Shown here: positions 18,924 to 28,673 of the stretch, piece after piece | Layout of the letters: the number at the start of each line of letters is the position of its first letter | Numbering within the stretch: the stretch's first letter is position 1 | Origin: Candidatus Hadarchaeum sp. | Lineage (GTDB): Archaea > Hadarchaeota > Hadarchaeia > Hadarchaeales > Hadarchaeaceae | Assembly: GCF_038871235.1 (NCBI RefSeq) | Contig: NZ_JAVZIN010000003.1 | Coordinates: 54,744-118,743, forward strand | Direction: 5' to 3' | Length of the DNA stretch: 64,000 nucleotides | Translations under genes and position numbers: made by a program | Notes under the pieces: generated by a model | What the model saw: the letters and a program-made list of their open reading frames with translations, nothing else | What the model was told of the DNA's origin: nothing | Databases searched by the model: none

Positions 18924-19256
18924 ATGGAGGAAGAAAGTGAGCTGGAAGCTTTGCGCAGGAAGAAGGCTCTAGAGCTACAGGCCCAGTATGAGGAGCAGCA
19001 GCGCCAAGCTGAGCTGAGGCGGCAGTTTGAGATCCAGAAGAAGGCGATACTCTCGCAGATATTGACCCCCGAGGCCCGGAGCCGGCTGGCCAACATCCGA
19101 GCGGTAAAGCCCGAGTTTGCCGAGCAGCTGGAGATTCAGCTGATGCAACTGGCTCAGGCGGGCAGAATTGGCGCCAAGATAACCGACTCCCAGCTTAAGG
19201 AGATACTTGATAAATTGCAGTCACGAAAGCGCGATATCAAAATAAGGAGGATTTGA
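18924..19256 (+). CDS. PDCD5-like dsDNA-binding protein
   Basis: ILTPEARSRLANI and ITDSQLKEIL, at the conserved position after rps19e. Confidence 0.92.
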   Translation: MEEESELEALRRKKALELQAQYEEQQRQAELRRQFEIQKKAILSQILTPEARSRLANIRAVKPEFAEQLEIQLMQLAQAGRIGAKITDSQLKEILDKLQSRKRDIKIRRI

Positions 19257-19257
19257 C

Positions 19258-19413
19258 ATGGCAAGGAACAAGAGATTCCCAGTGAAAAAAAGGCTGGCTC
19301 GGGCGGCGAGAAAAACCAGAAGGGCCCCAGTCTGGGTGATGAGCAAAACTAAGGGTAAAATCCGCACCAGCGTTAAGCGGAGGAGCTGGCGCAGGTCGAG
19401 AATTAAACCATAG
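19258..19413 (+). CDS. rpl39e: 50S ribosomal protein L39e (below the ORF-track cutoff)
   Basis: Manual translation gives MARNKRFPVKKRLARAARKTRRAPVWVMSKTKGKIRTSVKRRSWRRSRIKP (51 aa). AGGAGG upstream and the expected synteny. Confidence 0.95.
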   Translation: MARNKRFPVKKRLARAARKTRRAPVWVMSKTKGKIRTSVKRRSWRRSRIKP

Positions 19414-19421
19414 GTGGTCAT

Positions 19422-19673
19422 ATGCCTGAGGAAAAAATATTCGTCATTCCTTTAGGTGAAGTCAAAAGAGCCCCGCGCTACAGACGCGTTAACCGGGCGA
19501 CAAGGCTGATTAGAGACTATCTGGTCAGGCACATGAAGTCGGAGAAGATAAAGTTGGATCCAAAGCTGAATGAGAAGCTCTGGGAGCGCGGTCAAGAGAA
19601 GCCACCATCTAAGATCAGGGTGAAGGCGGTCAAGGATGAGGATGGGATGGTTCACGCTTCTCCCGCCGAGTAG
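19422..19673 (+). CDS. rpl31e: 50S ribosomal protein L31e
   Basis: IPL, RHMK and LNEKLWERGQEKPPSKIRV. Confidence 0.95.
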   Translation: MPEEKIFVIPLGEVKRAPRYRRVNRATRLIRDYLVRHMKSEKIKLDPKLNEKLWERGQEKPPSKIRVKAVKDEDGMVHASPAE

Positions 19674-19684
19674 CTAAGGTGTAG

Positions 19685-20350
19685 GTGATGACGATAATCA
19701 GAATGGCCTTTAACAGAAATCCGTTTTTGGGGGCGTATTCCTTGTGCACCGATAAAATTGCTCTGTTGCCTTCCATCTTCCGATTTAATGAGAGGGAGGT
19801 GGAGGCAGCCCTAGGGGTGCCCGTAGTTAGAACAGACGTCGACCGGAGCCCGCTGATCGGTGTTTTGATGGCCGGCAACTCAAATGGTCTAATCTGTTCG
19901 GAACTTTTCGAGATCGGTTCAGGCGCAGGAAGCCTGAAGCCTGATGTGACGGTGGTTCCAATCCCCGGAAAGTTCAACGCTTTTGGCAACATTTTCCTAG
20001 TAAACGACTATGGAGCTGTAGCCAATCCGGATTTACCTGAGGAGATTTTAAAGCTGGTCGGTCAAAAGCTGCGGGTGCCGGTGGTGCGTGGGACGATAGC
20101 CGGGATAAAAAATGTGGGTGCAGTAGGAGTGGCCACCAATCGTGGTGTTTTAGTTCATCCCGATGTTACTAGCGATGAGGCCAAGCTCATCGAGAAGACA
20201 TTGAATGTTCCGGTAGAGGTGGGTACAGCCTGCGCTGGAGTGAAGTTCGTCGGGCTCTGTATGGCGGCAAATTCTAAGGGAGCTATAGTCGGTATGACGA
20301 CGACCGGACCCGAACTGGGACGCGTCGAAAGCGCGCTAGGGTTCATCTGA
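19685..20350 (+). CDS. eif6: Translation initiation factor aIF6
   Basis: LIGVLMAGNSNG, GNIFLVND, ATNRGVLVHP, ANSKGAIVG and TTGPEL. Confidence 0.93.
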   Translation: MMTIIRMAFNRNPFLGAYSLCTDKIALLPSIFRFNEREVEAALGVPVVRTDVDRSPLIGVLMAGNSNGLICSELFEIGSGAGSLKPDVTVVPIPGKFNAFGNIFLVNDYGAVANPDLPEEILKLVGQKLRVPVVRGTIAGIKNVGAVGVATNRGVLVHPDVTSDEAKLIEKTLNVPVEVGTACAGVKFVGLCMAANSKGAIVGMTTTGPELGRVESALGFI

Positions 20351-20359
20351 GGTGATAGA

Positions 20360-20581
20360 ATGCAAATATATCGGATAAGCGGCTGGTTCAAACAGGGTCT
20401 CTTCAAGCAGAAGTTCAGGCGTGAAGTGGTGGCGCTGACAAAGGAGCAAGCCTTGGAAAGGGTCTACTCCCTTTTAGGGAGCAGGCATGGAATTACCAGA
20501 AACAGAATCCATATAGAGGAAGTTGTCGAGATAAATCCTGAGGAGATAACGGATCCGAGAGTTTTAGCGATGTTGGAGTGA
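20360..20581 (+). CDS. rpl18a: 50S ribosomal protein LX (L18Ae/eL20)
   Basis: ALERVYSLLGSRH...IHIEEV, plus synteny. Confidence 0.9.
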   Translation: MQIYRISGWFKQGLFKQKFRREVVALTKEQALERVYSLLGSRHGITRNRIHIEEVVEINPEEITDPRVLAMLE

Positions 20582-21033
20582 TGGTGATGGAGCCCTTAAA
20601 GGTCGAGGAAAGGGAGAGGCTGCAGCGCCTTCTTGCTGAGATGAATGATGGTCAGGCACTGGTGGAACTCTTGCGTCAGCAGGTCTCAGCGCTGGCAGGG
20701 TCCCTTTCCGAACTCAACATGACAGTTGGTGCGTTAAAGTCGCTCAAGGAAATGCCGCCTTCAACAGACATTCTGGTTCCGCTAGGTTCAGATACCTTTG
20801 TCCCGGCCAAGCTGTCGTCTGCCGAAAGGGTGCTAGTCGGGCTGGGCGCTGATGTCATGGTTGAAAGAACCGCTGAAGAGGCGATAAAGTTCTTGGAAGC
20901 TAGGATTGCAGAGATCGAAAAGGCCGTCGAGCAGACCAAGACAGAGCTGAAAAAGGTTGAGGACCGGATCGAGGCCATCAGGCCCGAGGCGGAAAAGTTA
21001 TTGGTCAAGGCGCGGGGAGCGACCAGTAAATAG
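20578..21033 (+). CDS. pfdA: Prefoldin alpha subunit
   Basis: Coiled coils flanking ILVPLGSDTFV...VLVGLGADVMVE. Confidence 0.93.
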   Translation: MMVMEPLKVEERERLQRLLAEMNDGQALVELLRQQVSALAGSLSELNMTVGALKSLKEMPPSTDILVPLGSDTFVPAKLSSAERVLVGLGADVMVERTAEEAIKFLEARIAEIEKAVEQTKTELKKVEDRIEAIRPEAEKLLVKARGATSK

Positions 21034-21044
21034 AGGCCGCACCG

Positions 21045-22238
21045 ATGTTTGAGAAGCTCAAGCAGAAGCTGAAGCAGGTAAAGGAGCGCATAACTAAAAA
21101 AATAGCTCCTGAGCCGATGGGCGAGGAAACTCCTGAGATCACAGCAGGGACCCAGCCGGAAGCTTTGTCCGTGGAGGAGGTCAAGCCTGAAATTAAACTT
21201 GAGATCAGCGCAGAGGAGCGGGTTAGGCTTGAAGTACCTGAGAAGAAACCAGTGGTCGAGGTCAAGCGTAAAGTCCCTGAAATAGAAGCGGAGAGGAAAC
21301 CGGTTGGGAAAGTCAAGGCAGGAGTTATCCTTCCTGAGAAGCCAAAGCGTGGTTTTATCAGGGCGGTCAAGCGAGTGGCCGGCCGGGAGCTGACGGCTAA
21401 GGATATTGATGATATTCTCTGGGAGCTCCAGGTGGCCATGCTTGAGAGCGATGTTGCCGTGCCAGTCGCCGACCAGATAGTTGAGCGGGTGAAGATGGGT
21501 CTGGTGGGAAAGAGGGTGGGCATTAGAGCTGACTTGAAAAAAATGGCCGATGAGGTTCTCAGTGATGCCATAAAGGAAGTGCTAAGGAGCGAGCATGAGG
21601 TCGATTTAATCAAGATAATTAAGGAGAAGAGGGCGAAGGGTGATCCGGCGGTGTTGGTGTTTGTGGGCATCAATGGTCATGGTAAGACGACTACCATTGC
21701 CAAGCTGGCCAGATATCTTACCAAGCGTGGCTTCAAGGTGGTCCTCGCTGCGGGCGACACCTTCCGAGCGGCAGGCATAGAGCAGCTTGAGATACATGCC
21801 AAGCGCTTGGGGGTGGACATAGTAAAGCAGAGAAGAGGAGCCGACTCCGCCGCTGTGGCTTACGATGCGATAGAGCACGCAAGAGCTCGGAACCTTGATG
21901 TGGTGCTGGTGGACACCGCTGGAAGAATGCAGACTGATGTCAATCTGATGGATGAGATGAAGAAGATCGTGAGGGTGGCCAAGCCCGATGCAGTTATTTT
22001 TGTCGGTGATGCCCTCACCGGAAATGACGCGGTGGAACAGGCTAGGTCCTTTGATCAGGCGGTTGGCATCACCGGGACCATCCTATGCAAGATGGACGCC
22101 GACGCTCGGGGGGGCGCAGCTCTCTCGATAACCCAAGTTACTGGCAAGCCCATCTTGTTTTTAGGTACCGGGCAGGGGTACGATGACTTGGTGGAATTCA
22201 AGCCGGAGATAATCCTCAATGCATTGTTTGGTGATTGA
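21045..22238 (+). CDS. ftsY: Signal recognition particle receptor FtsY
   Basis: Charged N-terminal region, then GINGHGKTTTIAK, DTFRAAG, DTAGR, KMDADARGG and GTGQGYDDL. Confidence 0.96.
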   Translation: MFEKLKQKLKQVKERITKKIAPEPMGEETPEITAGTQPEALSVEEVKPEIKLEISAEERVRLEVPEKKPVVEVKRKVPEIEAERKPVGKVKAGVILPEKPKRGFIRAVKRVAGRELTAKDIDDILWELQVAMLESDVAVPVADQIVERVKMGLVGKRVGIRADLKKMADEVLSDAIKEVLRSEHEVDLIKIIKEKRAKGDPAVLVFVGINGHGKTTTIAKLARYLTKRGFKVVLAAGDTFRAAGIEQLEIHAKRLGVDIVKQRRGADSAAVAYDAIEHARARNLDVVLVDTAGRMQTDVNLMDEMKKIVRVAKPDAVIFVGDALTGNDAVEQARSFDQAVGITGTILCKMDADARGGAALSITQVTGKPILFLGTGQGYDDLVEFKPEIILNALFGD

Positions 22239-22282
22239 TTTTCTGCTTTCGGAGTGGTATTTAATCTACTAAGGGTTCAAGA

Positions 22283-22945
22283 CTATTTATCCCCATTTAG
22301 GCCAACAAATTTAATCCCCACTGCTGGTACCTTGTATCTTCCGGTCAGTTTGATGAGAAGGGCCGTCACCGGTTCCACTAGCCGGCTGTTGCAGAGGCGA
22401 CCTCCGTCGATGGCCCGCAGATTAGCGATTTTTTCCACATAGCTCATGGTCTGACGTCTGGCTTGGGCATCGTCACCGCAGACCACGGTATCTCCCTCGA
22501 TGGGGCGGTCAATTCTCTGTAGTTCTTGAGCGCCGATCGTTTGAAGTGCCGAGCAGACTCGCACCCTATCTCCAACCAACTTGGCGACGGTTTCGGCGGC
22601 AGAACCGGCCGGAGGTGAGTAGCAGGTGAGCAGGCCTTCGGTCAGCTTGAGCGGCACCATGGCGCTCAGCATTATTTTATCCATGGAGAGGGCTGGCGCC
22701 ACCTCCTCCAGTATCTTTTCACACCCCTCAAAGGGAACACTCATAACGATGAAATCGGCACTCCTCGTCGCTTCCAAGTTGGTTTCGCCAAGGATGGTTT
22801 TGCCTACTTTCAAGCTCAGTTCTTGGGCAATCCTTTCGGCTTTTTCTTTCGATCGTGATCCGATAATTACCTTTTCGCCCGCCATCGCCCAGCGCATGGC
22901 AAGGCCTTGTCCTAGATCTCCGGTTCCTCCTAAGATGGCGATCAT
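22283..22945 (-). CDS. npdG: NADPH-dependent F420 reductase (F420H2:NADP+ oxidoreductase)
   Basis: ILGGTGDLGQGLA, IGSR, GSAAE, VCGDD and DGGRLCNSRLVE. Confidence 0.9.
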   Translation of the reverse strand: MIAILGGTGDLGQGLAMRWAMAGEKVIIGSRSKEKAERIAQELSLKVGKTILGETNLEATRSADFIVMSVPFEGCEKILEEVAPALSMDKIMLSAMVPLKLTEGLLTCYSPPAGSAAETVAKLVGDRVRVCSALQTIGAQELQRIDRPIEGDTVVCGDDAQARRQTMSYVEKIANLRAIDGGRLCNSRLVEPVTALLIKLTGRYKVPAVGIKFVGLNGDK

Positions 22946-23070
22946 AGCATCAGCAAAATCATTTTCTCTCGGTCTTGAAAAGGCTTGTTGTTTAGGTAGA
23001 GGATTTACGTGATAATCGACTCGATTTTTACCTGTGGGACAATTATCATGTAAGTGGCAGATTACCCAGG

Positions 23071-23084
23071 GGAAAGTTAAATAC
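23071..23084 (+). promoter_or_regulatory. Putative BRE/TATA promoter of the C/D sRNA
   Basis: GGAAAG followed by TTAAATA, ending about 25 nt before the sRNA terminal stem. Confidence 0.5.
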
Positions 23085-23108
23085 CCGAATAAAATTTAAT
23101 TATAATCG

Positions 23109-23174
23109 GCACGAATGATGTCAAGACATCGTCTGAGCAAGGCGATGATAAGAATGATGGGCGGACTGACGTGC
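23109..23174 (+). ncRNA. Box C/D guide sRNA
   Basis: Terminal stem GCACG/CGTGC. C box ATGATGT (23115-21), D' CTGA (23133-36), C' ATGATAA (23145-51), D CTGA (23166-69). Guides of 11-14 nt. Intergenic. Confidence 0.85.
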
Positions 23175-23175
23175 T

Positions 23176-23553
23176 TTAAATTCCATAAGTAATTACTCGA
23201 GCACCATGGCCGCAGTACTTCAACTGTCGGCAACTTCTACAGAGCGCATAAAGAGCTTCTAGGTCACCCCGTTTGCCCAGCTCGATTGCCGGGTCGCAGG
23301 CGTCGGTTCTGAACTCCTTGCCCGTTCCAAAGGCGACAAGCGTCAGCGTTTTGACGATGCCCTCGATGGTGTGGATTTTCTCGGGTATCACTTTGACCAG
23401 CTTTTCAAAAGAGTCGGTTTCCACCTTGGCCACAATGGCATACGGTCCGGCCACCGTGTAAGCTTCCGCAACCTCATCTACATTTAACAATCTGTTCAGG
23501 ACGTCATCAATCCGCCCCAGCTTTGTCTCCACAAGGACGAAGGCAACTGGCAT
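23176..23553 (-). CDS. Stand-alone Lrp/AsnC ligand-binding domain protein with a Cys-rich C-terminal extension
   Basis: AFVLV...EAYTVAGPYAIVAKV...IEGIVKTLTL with no HTH. Tail is C-x18-CRSC-x5-C. Confidence 0.8.
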   Translation of the reverse strand: MPVAFVLVETKLGRIDDVLNRLLNVDEVAEAYTVAGPYAIVAKVETDSFEKLVKVIPEKIHTIEGIVKTLTLVAFGTGKEFRTDACDPAIELGKRGDLEALYALCRSCRQLKYCGHGARVITYGI

Positions 23554-23561
23554 TTTTACCC

Positions 23562-23792
23562 CTACTCAAAGGCGAACATGGTCAAAGTGTTTTTGACCCC
23601 ATCCACCAGCTGGATCTTTCTAGTTACGGCTTCAGCGACTTTTTCGAACTTATCCGCCTGTAGCTTTACCACGATGTCGTGAGGACCGGCTACGGTGTAG
23701 GCCTCGACAACACCCTCTGTTCGTCTGAGCTGACCTAGGATTTCGCGGATTTTGCCCACATCGGCGTCAATTAAAACAAATGCTACGGGCAT
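23562..23792 (-). CDS. Stand-alone Lrp/AsnC ligand-binding domain protein
   Basis: MPVAFVLI...EAYTVAGPHDIVVKL...VDGVKNTLTM. Start moved to the ATG at 23792, after GAGGTGA. Confidence 0.85.
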   Translation of the reverse strand: MPVAFVLIDADVGKIREILGQLRRTEGVVEAYTVAGPHDIVVKLQADKFEKVAEAVTRKIQLVDGVKNTLTMFAFE

Positions 23793-23805
23793 GTTTTTTA
23801 TCACC

Positions 23806-25164
23806 TCATACTTTGGGTATCTTGGCGATGGCTTCCTTGACCAGCTTTTCCGGATACTCATAGTCGACCAGCTTGCCGCGCAGGAAGGCGTCGTAGGCCG
23901 CTAGGTCGAAGTGCCCGTGCCCGCTGTTGTTGAAAAGTATCACCCTTTCCTCCCCAGTCTCCCTGCATCTCAATGCTTCATCTACCACTCCCTTTATAGC
24001 ATGTGAGGTTTCAGGGGCAGGTATAAAGCCCTCCGTTTCCGCGAAGAGCTTGGCTGCGTTGAAAACTTCCGTTTGATGATAGGCTGCGGCCTCCATGTAT
24101 CCTTCATGGGTGAGCTTGCAGAGAAGTGGGGCATCTCCATGATATCTCAAACCACCGGCATGGATTGGGGGTGGCACGAAACAGTGGCCCAGTGTGTACA
24201 TCTTCAACAACGGAGTCATCGCCGCCGTGTCACCGAAGTCGTACATGTAGGGTCCTTTGGTCAGAGTAGGGCAGGCTTTAGGTTCACAGGATACCGCTCG
24301 CAGTTCAGGTTTTTTCCCGGTTAGTTTATCGGCGAGAAACGGGAAGACAAGTCCGGAGAAATTGCTACCTCCGCCGACGCAACCGAAGATCACGTCGGGA
24401 TAATCGCCGGCCAGTTCAAGTTGTTTTTTGGCTTCAAGACCGATAACTGTTTGATGCAATAGCACATGGTTAAGCACGCTACCTAAGGAATACTTAGTAT
24501 CGTCGTGAGTAGCAGCGTCCTCGATGGCCTCAGAAATCGCGATCCCCAAACTTCCCGGGTTGTTTGGGTCTTCCTTCAAGACCCTTCGACCGTACTCCGT
24601 TCTGTTGCTGGGACTGGGGACGCATTCAGCCCCCCAAGTTTCCATCAAGATGCGGCGATAGGGTTTCTGGTCGTAGCTGACCCGAACCATGTACACAGTG
24701 CATTTGAGCCCGAAGAGCATCGTGCCAAAGGCCAGTGCACTCCCCCATTGCCCAGCCCCAGTTTCTGTGGCCAGCCTCTGCACCCCCTCTTTCATGTTGT
24801 AATAGGCTTGAGCAACCGCGGTGTTCGGCTTATGGCTTCCAGGTGGGCTGACTCCCTCCCACTTGTAGTAAATTCTCGCAGGAGTCTTCAGCGCCTTCTC
24901 GAGCCGGAGTGCCCGGTAGAGGGGTGTTGGGCGCCAGATTCGGTATACGTCCCTGACTTCTTCAGGAATTGGTATCCAGCGTTCTTGGCTCACCTCTTGC
25001 TTTATCAGCTCCATGGGGAAGATCCGGGCCAAATCTTGGGGCCCGATCGGTTCCTTGGTCGCCGGGTTGATTGGCGGGTCCAAGGGGGATGGCAGATCCG
25101 CTTGGATGTTGTACCAAGCCTTAGGAATCTCTTCTTCATCCAGAAGGTATTTCATCTGCTTCAT
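23806..25164 (-). CDS. trpB2: TrpB2-type tryptophan synthase beta chain-like PLP enzyme
   Basis: [17 protein letters not shown] (PLP lysine), [26 protein letters not shown] and SGHGHFD. Confidence 0.93.
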   Translation of the reverse strand: MKQMKYLLDEEEIPKAWYNIQADLPSPLDPPINPATKEPIGPQDLARIFPMELIKQEVSQERWIPIPEEVRDVYRIWRPTPLYRALRLEKALKTPARIYYKWEGVSPPGSHKPNTAVAQAYYNMKEGVQRLATETGAGQWGSALAFGTMLFGLKCTVYMVRVSYDQKPYRRILMETWGAECVPSPSNRTEYGRRVLKEDPNNPGSLGIAISEAIEDAATHDDTKYSLGSVLNHVLLHQTVIGLEAKKQLELAGDYPDVIFGCVGGGSNFSGLVFPFLADKLTGKKPELRAVSCEPKACPTLTKGPYMYDFGDTAAMTPLLKMYTLGHCFVPPPIHAGGLRYHGDAPLLCKLTHEGYMEAAAYHQTEVFNAAKLFAETEGFIPAPETSHAIKGVVDEALRCRETGEERVILFNNSGHGHFDLAAYDAFLRGKLVDYEYPEKLVKEAIAKIPKV

Positions 25165-25234
25165 TTTTTCGACCACCTCTAATATTACCGTGCCCTTTAT
25201 AAGCTTTGTGCTATTAAGTTCATCAAGGTACAAA

Positions 25235-25870
25235 ATGATACAAACACTAATTCAGCTGCCAATAGGGTTCATCATCGGGCTCTCCGGTTCGCTAATCCCT
25301 GGACCGCTTCTGGCCTACACCATGGCGAAATCGCCAGCGTACGGTGCCCGCACGGGGCCGCTGGCTGTGGCTGGGCACGTTTTGGTGGAGCTGGCAATCC
25401 TTTCCCTGATTGCACTGGGCTTGGATGTCATCCTCCAGGCGAGTGCCTTTCAGCTGGGCTTCGGTCTCTTTGGAGGCGTGATGTTAATAATTCTGGGTCT
25501 CGATGGAGTTTCCAAGTTGCGGAACAGCCCGGCTCCCAAGAAAATGGTGGCCACCAAACACCATCCAGTTCTCGGCGGCATTCTCTACAGCACCCTCTTG
25601 AATCCCACCGTCATCTTCTGGTGGGCTACTATTGGGGTGGCCACTATCATGGAGGCCTATTTGGTTGCCTCCTTGGCCGGGGTCACCCTCTGGTTGATCG
25701 GTCACTTTTTTTCTGATCTGACGTGGTTCTCGCTGGTTTCGGTTTCGGTGGTGAAGGGTAAGAAAGTGATTGGGGTCCGGGGCTACCGGGCAATCCTGCT
25801 CTTCTGCACACTGCTGCTACTTGTCCTGGGAGTCTATTTCATTATCAAGTACGGCCAGCAACTGTTTTAG
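25235..25870 (+). CDS. LysE-family translocator
   Basis: [31 protein letters not shown] and GHFFSD. Its 3' end overlaps cofC convergently by 54 nt. Confidence 0.85.
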   Translation: MIQTLIQLPIGFIIGLSGSLIPGPLLAYTMAKSPAYGARTGPLAVAGHVLVELAILSLIALGLDVILQASAFQLGFGLFGGVMLIILGLDGVSKLRNSPAPKKMVATKHHPVLGGILYSTLLNPTVIFWWATIGVATIMEAYLVASLAGVTLWLIGHFFSDLTWFSLVSVSVVKGKKVIGVRGYRAILLFCTLLLLVLGVYFIIKYGQQLF

Positions 25871-26494
25871 AACCTCCAGCGTTTTGGTGCCTGTTCCGGT
25901 TTTTTTCAATTTCAGCAAATCTTCCGGTTCGTCTACATCGAAGGATACCGTAGTTGACCGGTAGATGTGGGGCTTAATCCCAGCGCGCACCGCTTCGGCC
26001 AAGTGCTGGGGAAAGCTTTCTCCACCGAACTTTGGGTCCATGAGATCTGGTGGCCTGATAAATAACGCGTTAGTTCCATTTGCCTTTGAGGGGGCGATGA
26101 CCACATCGCGTTCGGCGGTTGCCATGGCGACGATGTTCTCGATGTCAACAGTCCTGATTAGTGGTAGATCTCCTGGGAGCAACAGCACAGCCTTGGCCCC
26201 GGAGGCGACAGCGTGGGACATCGCCAGTTGAAAAGCCCCGTTAAGATCGAGTCCTGGATCCTTAACACCCTCGGCATGCCTGGCTTGGGCGAAGCCAAGC
26301 ACTTCGTTGTCAGGGGAAACGACAGCTGTTTTGAATATTGATGGTGCTTCACCAATCGCGTGAAGCATGTCGGCTAGCATAGCTAGGACTAAACTACGGC
26401 GGGTCACTTGGTCCAAAACTCGAGCAAGGCTGGACTTCGCCTCGTCCAGATGCTTTACCGGAATGATGGCCCAGATGCTCATGATAGCAGGCAT
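25817..26494 (-). CDS. cofC: 2-phospho-L-lactate/PEP guanylyltransferase
   Basis: AIIPVK...AKSSL, LPGDLPL, GTNAL, FGGESF and FDVDEPEDL. Confidence 0.92.
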   Translation of the reverse strand: MPAIMSIWAIIPVKHLDEAKSSLARVLDQVTRRSLVLAMLADMLHAIGEAPSIFKTAVVSPDNEVLGFAQARHAEGVKDPGLDLNGAFQLAMSHAVASGAKAVLLLPGDLPLIRTVDIENIVAMATAERDVVIAPSKANGTNALFIRPPDLMDPKFGGESFPQHLAEAVRAGIKPHIYRSTTVSFDVDEPEDLLKLKKTGTGTKTLEVLKQLLAVLDNEIDSQDK

Positions 26495-26514
26495 ATTTAT
26501 GTTGTTCCTGTTTT

Positions 26515-27588
26515 ATGGTTCTGTCGAGGTGGTGCCCCGTGTCTTTTAAAAGGGAGATCAGCTACTCTCGCAACGTCTTTTTACCTGTGACCAACCTCTG
26601 TCGTAATCGTTGCTTTTACTGCGGCTTCAGGAAGGATCCTGGTGATGGCGCGTGGTTCATGTCACCTGAGGAGGTCTTGCAGTTGGCTAGGTTGGGCAAG
26701 AGGGCTGGCTGCACTGAGGCCCTGATTACCCTTGGCGAACACCCTGAGGTTTACCCGCTAGCGAGAGAAAAGCTGGACGAACTTGGTTATCGCACTACTG
26801 TGGATTATCTTGTTGACCTCTGCAAGCAGATACTTGAAATCGGACTACTACCCCACACTAACGCCGGAGTCCTGAAGCCGTCGGAATTGCAGCGCCTGCG
26901 TCGGTACAATGCCAGCATGGGATTGATGCTCGAGACCACTGCTCATCTCCCTGCCCACTCGATGAGCCCGGGCAAGGAACCGAAGCTGAGGCTGGCGACC
27001 ATCGAAGCCGCGGGAAAACTGAACATACCCTTTACCACAGGCTTATTGGTAGGAATTGGTGAGGGTCCTGACGACCGCCTTCAATCCCTTTTGGAGATTA
27101 AGAAGCTCCATGAGAGATACAGGCATATCCAGGAGATAATCATCCAGCCATTTGATCCCAAGCCAGGCACATTGATGCAGTCGTGGCAGTCCCCGGATGA
27201 GAAAACCCTATTGACCACGGTGGCCCTAGCTCGAGCTACTCTCACCGACGTTAGCGTTCAGGTGCCCCCCAATCTATTGAGCTTAAATGGATCAGTAGCG
27301 CAGCCGGGGGGCCCTGAGTTCAACGCGGCCGTTTCTAGGGCGATCTCGGCCGGTGCCTCTGATTTTGGCGGCATTTCGCCAGTAACCCCAGATTTCATCA
27401 ACTTTGATCATCCCTGGCCTAGTTTAGCCCAGCTTCGTGCCGCCATAGCGTCTGCTGGCCGCATACCTAGGGAGAGGTTACCCATCTACCCACGCTTCAT
27501 AAATGAGGAGAGGTTTATGTCAAGTGAGGTGAAGAAGCTTGTCCTTGAGCTTGCCGATGAGGAAGGCTATCGTGCTGAAGCGGTCTAG
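26515..27588 (+). CDS. cofG: FO synthase subunit 1
   Basis: SYSRNVFLPVTNLCRNRCFYC, LPHTNAG, ASMGLMLE, PFTTGLLVGIGE, QVPPNL and DFGGISP. Confidence 0.95.
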   Translation: MVLSRWCPVSFKREISYSRNVFLPVTNLCRNRCFYCGFRKDPGDGAWFMSPEEVLQLARLGKRAGCTEALITLGEHPEVYPLAREKLDELGYRTTVDYLVDLCKQILEIGLLPHTNAGVLKPSELQRLRRYNASMGLMLETTAHLPAHSMSPGKEPKLRLATIEAAGKLNIPFTTGLLVGIGEGPDDRLQSLLEIKKLHERYRHIQEIIIQPFDPKPGTLMQSWQSPDEKTLLTTVALARATLTDVSVQVPPNLLSLNGSVAQPGGPEFNAAVSRAISAGASDFGGISPVTPDFINFDHPWPSLAQLRAAIASAGRIPRERLPIYPRFINEERFMSSEVKKLVLELADEEGYRAEAV

Positions 27589-28666
27589 ATTTTGGGAGTT
27601 GCTACAGCGCGCGATGGCCGGTGAGGAGCTAAGCGCGGAAGAAGGAGCGCTGCTCCTGAAGGCCGAGGGCAAGAAACTGCAGGCACTAATTCAAACTGCT
27701 GACGAAGTGAGAAGGCGCAGAGTCGGAGATATAGTCACCTATGTAAAGAACCGAAACATAAACTTCACCAATGTGTGCATAGGAAGCTGTAAGTTCTGCG
27801 CTTTTCGTCGCAATCCTGAAGACCCTCAAGCTTACGTACTTTCACCAGAACAAATTGAGTCGAAGGTCAATGAGGCGCTCGAGGCGAATGTCACTGAAAT
27901 CTGCATCCAAGGTGGGTTGCATCCCGATTTTGGTTTAGAAGACTACCTTGAGATTATTCAAACGGTGAAAAAGACGGCCCCCGGAATACATGTCCACGCC
28001 TTTTCGCCCGCGGAGATCAACTACATCGCTGAGAAGGAGGACATGGGATTGGAGGAGGTGATCGTTAGACTCAAGGAAGCAGGGTTGGATTCGGTTCCCG
28101 GGACAGCAGCTGAGATTTTAGTTGATAGGGTTCGTTCGATAATCTGTCCCGAGAAAATTTCCACGGAACAATGGATCAAAACGATCAAGGCCTGTCACCG
28201 CTTGGGACTGCCTACAACCGCAACGATGATGTATGGGCATGTGGAGACGCCCCTAGAGCAGGCACGGCACATTTCCATCATCCGGGAGATCCAGAAAGAG
28301 ACCCATGGCTTCACCGAGTTTGTTTTGTTGGGGTTCGTCTCTCGAAACACCCTCCTGGGCCGAGAATTTAATTTGAGACCATATCCTGACTTGGTCCATA
28401 GTTTGCGCCTGCATGCGGTGGCTAGGCTGATGCTCGCTGGCTACATTGACAACATTCAGACCTCGTGGGTGAAACTTGGACCTAGAGGTGCCCAGCTCAT
28501 GCTCAAGGCAGGTGCAAACGATTTGGGTGGGACGCTCATGGAGGAGAACATAACAAAAGCCGCCGGCGGGAGCCTATGCAGCATGACCGCAGCGCAGCTA
28601 GAACACCTGATTCTGGAAATAGGTCGGATACCGCGGCAGCGGACCACAACTTATGATTTAATTTAA
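27557..28666 (+). CDS. cofH: FO synthase subunit 2
   Basis: VTYVKNRNINFTNVCIGSCKFCAF, PGTAAEIL, NIQTSWVKLG and GANDLGGTLMEENI. Start is ATG 27557 or GTG 27572. Confidence 0.93.
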   Translation: MRKAIVLKRSRFWELLQRAMAGEELSAEEGALLLKAEGKKLQALIQTADEVRRRRVGDIVTYVKNRNINFTNVCIGSCKFCAFRRNPEDPQAYVLSPEQIESKVNEALEANVTEICIQGGLHPDFGLEDYLEIIQTVKKTAPGIHVHAFSPAEINYIAEKEDMGLEEVIVRLKEAGLDSVPGTAAEILVDRVRSIICPEKISTEQWIKTIKACHRLGLPTTATMMYGHVETPLEQARHISIIREIQKETHGFTEFVLLGFVSRNTLLGREFNLRPYPDLVHSLRLHAVARLMLAGYIDNIQTSWVKLGPRGAQLMLKAGANDLGGTLMEENITKAAGGSLCSMTAAQLEHLILEIGRIPRQRTTTYDLI

Positions 28667-28673
28667 CTCACTT

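Noticed and set aside
21045-22238. Unusual His in the FtsY P-loop (GINGHGKT)
   Set aside because: It falls at a variable position and all other GTPase motifs are intact.
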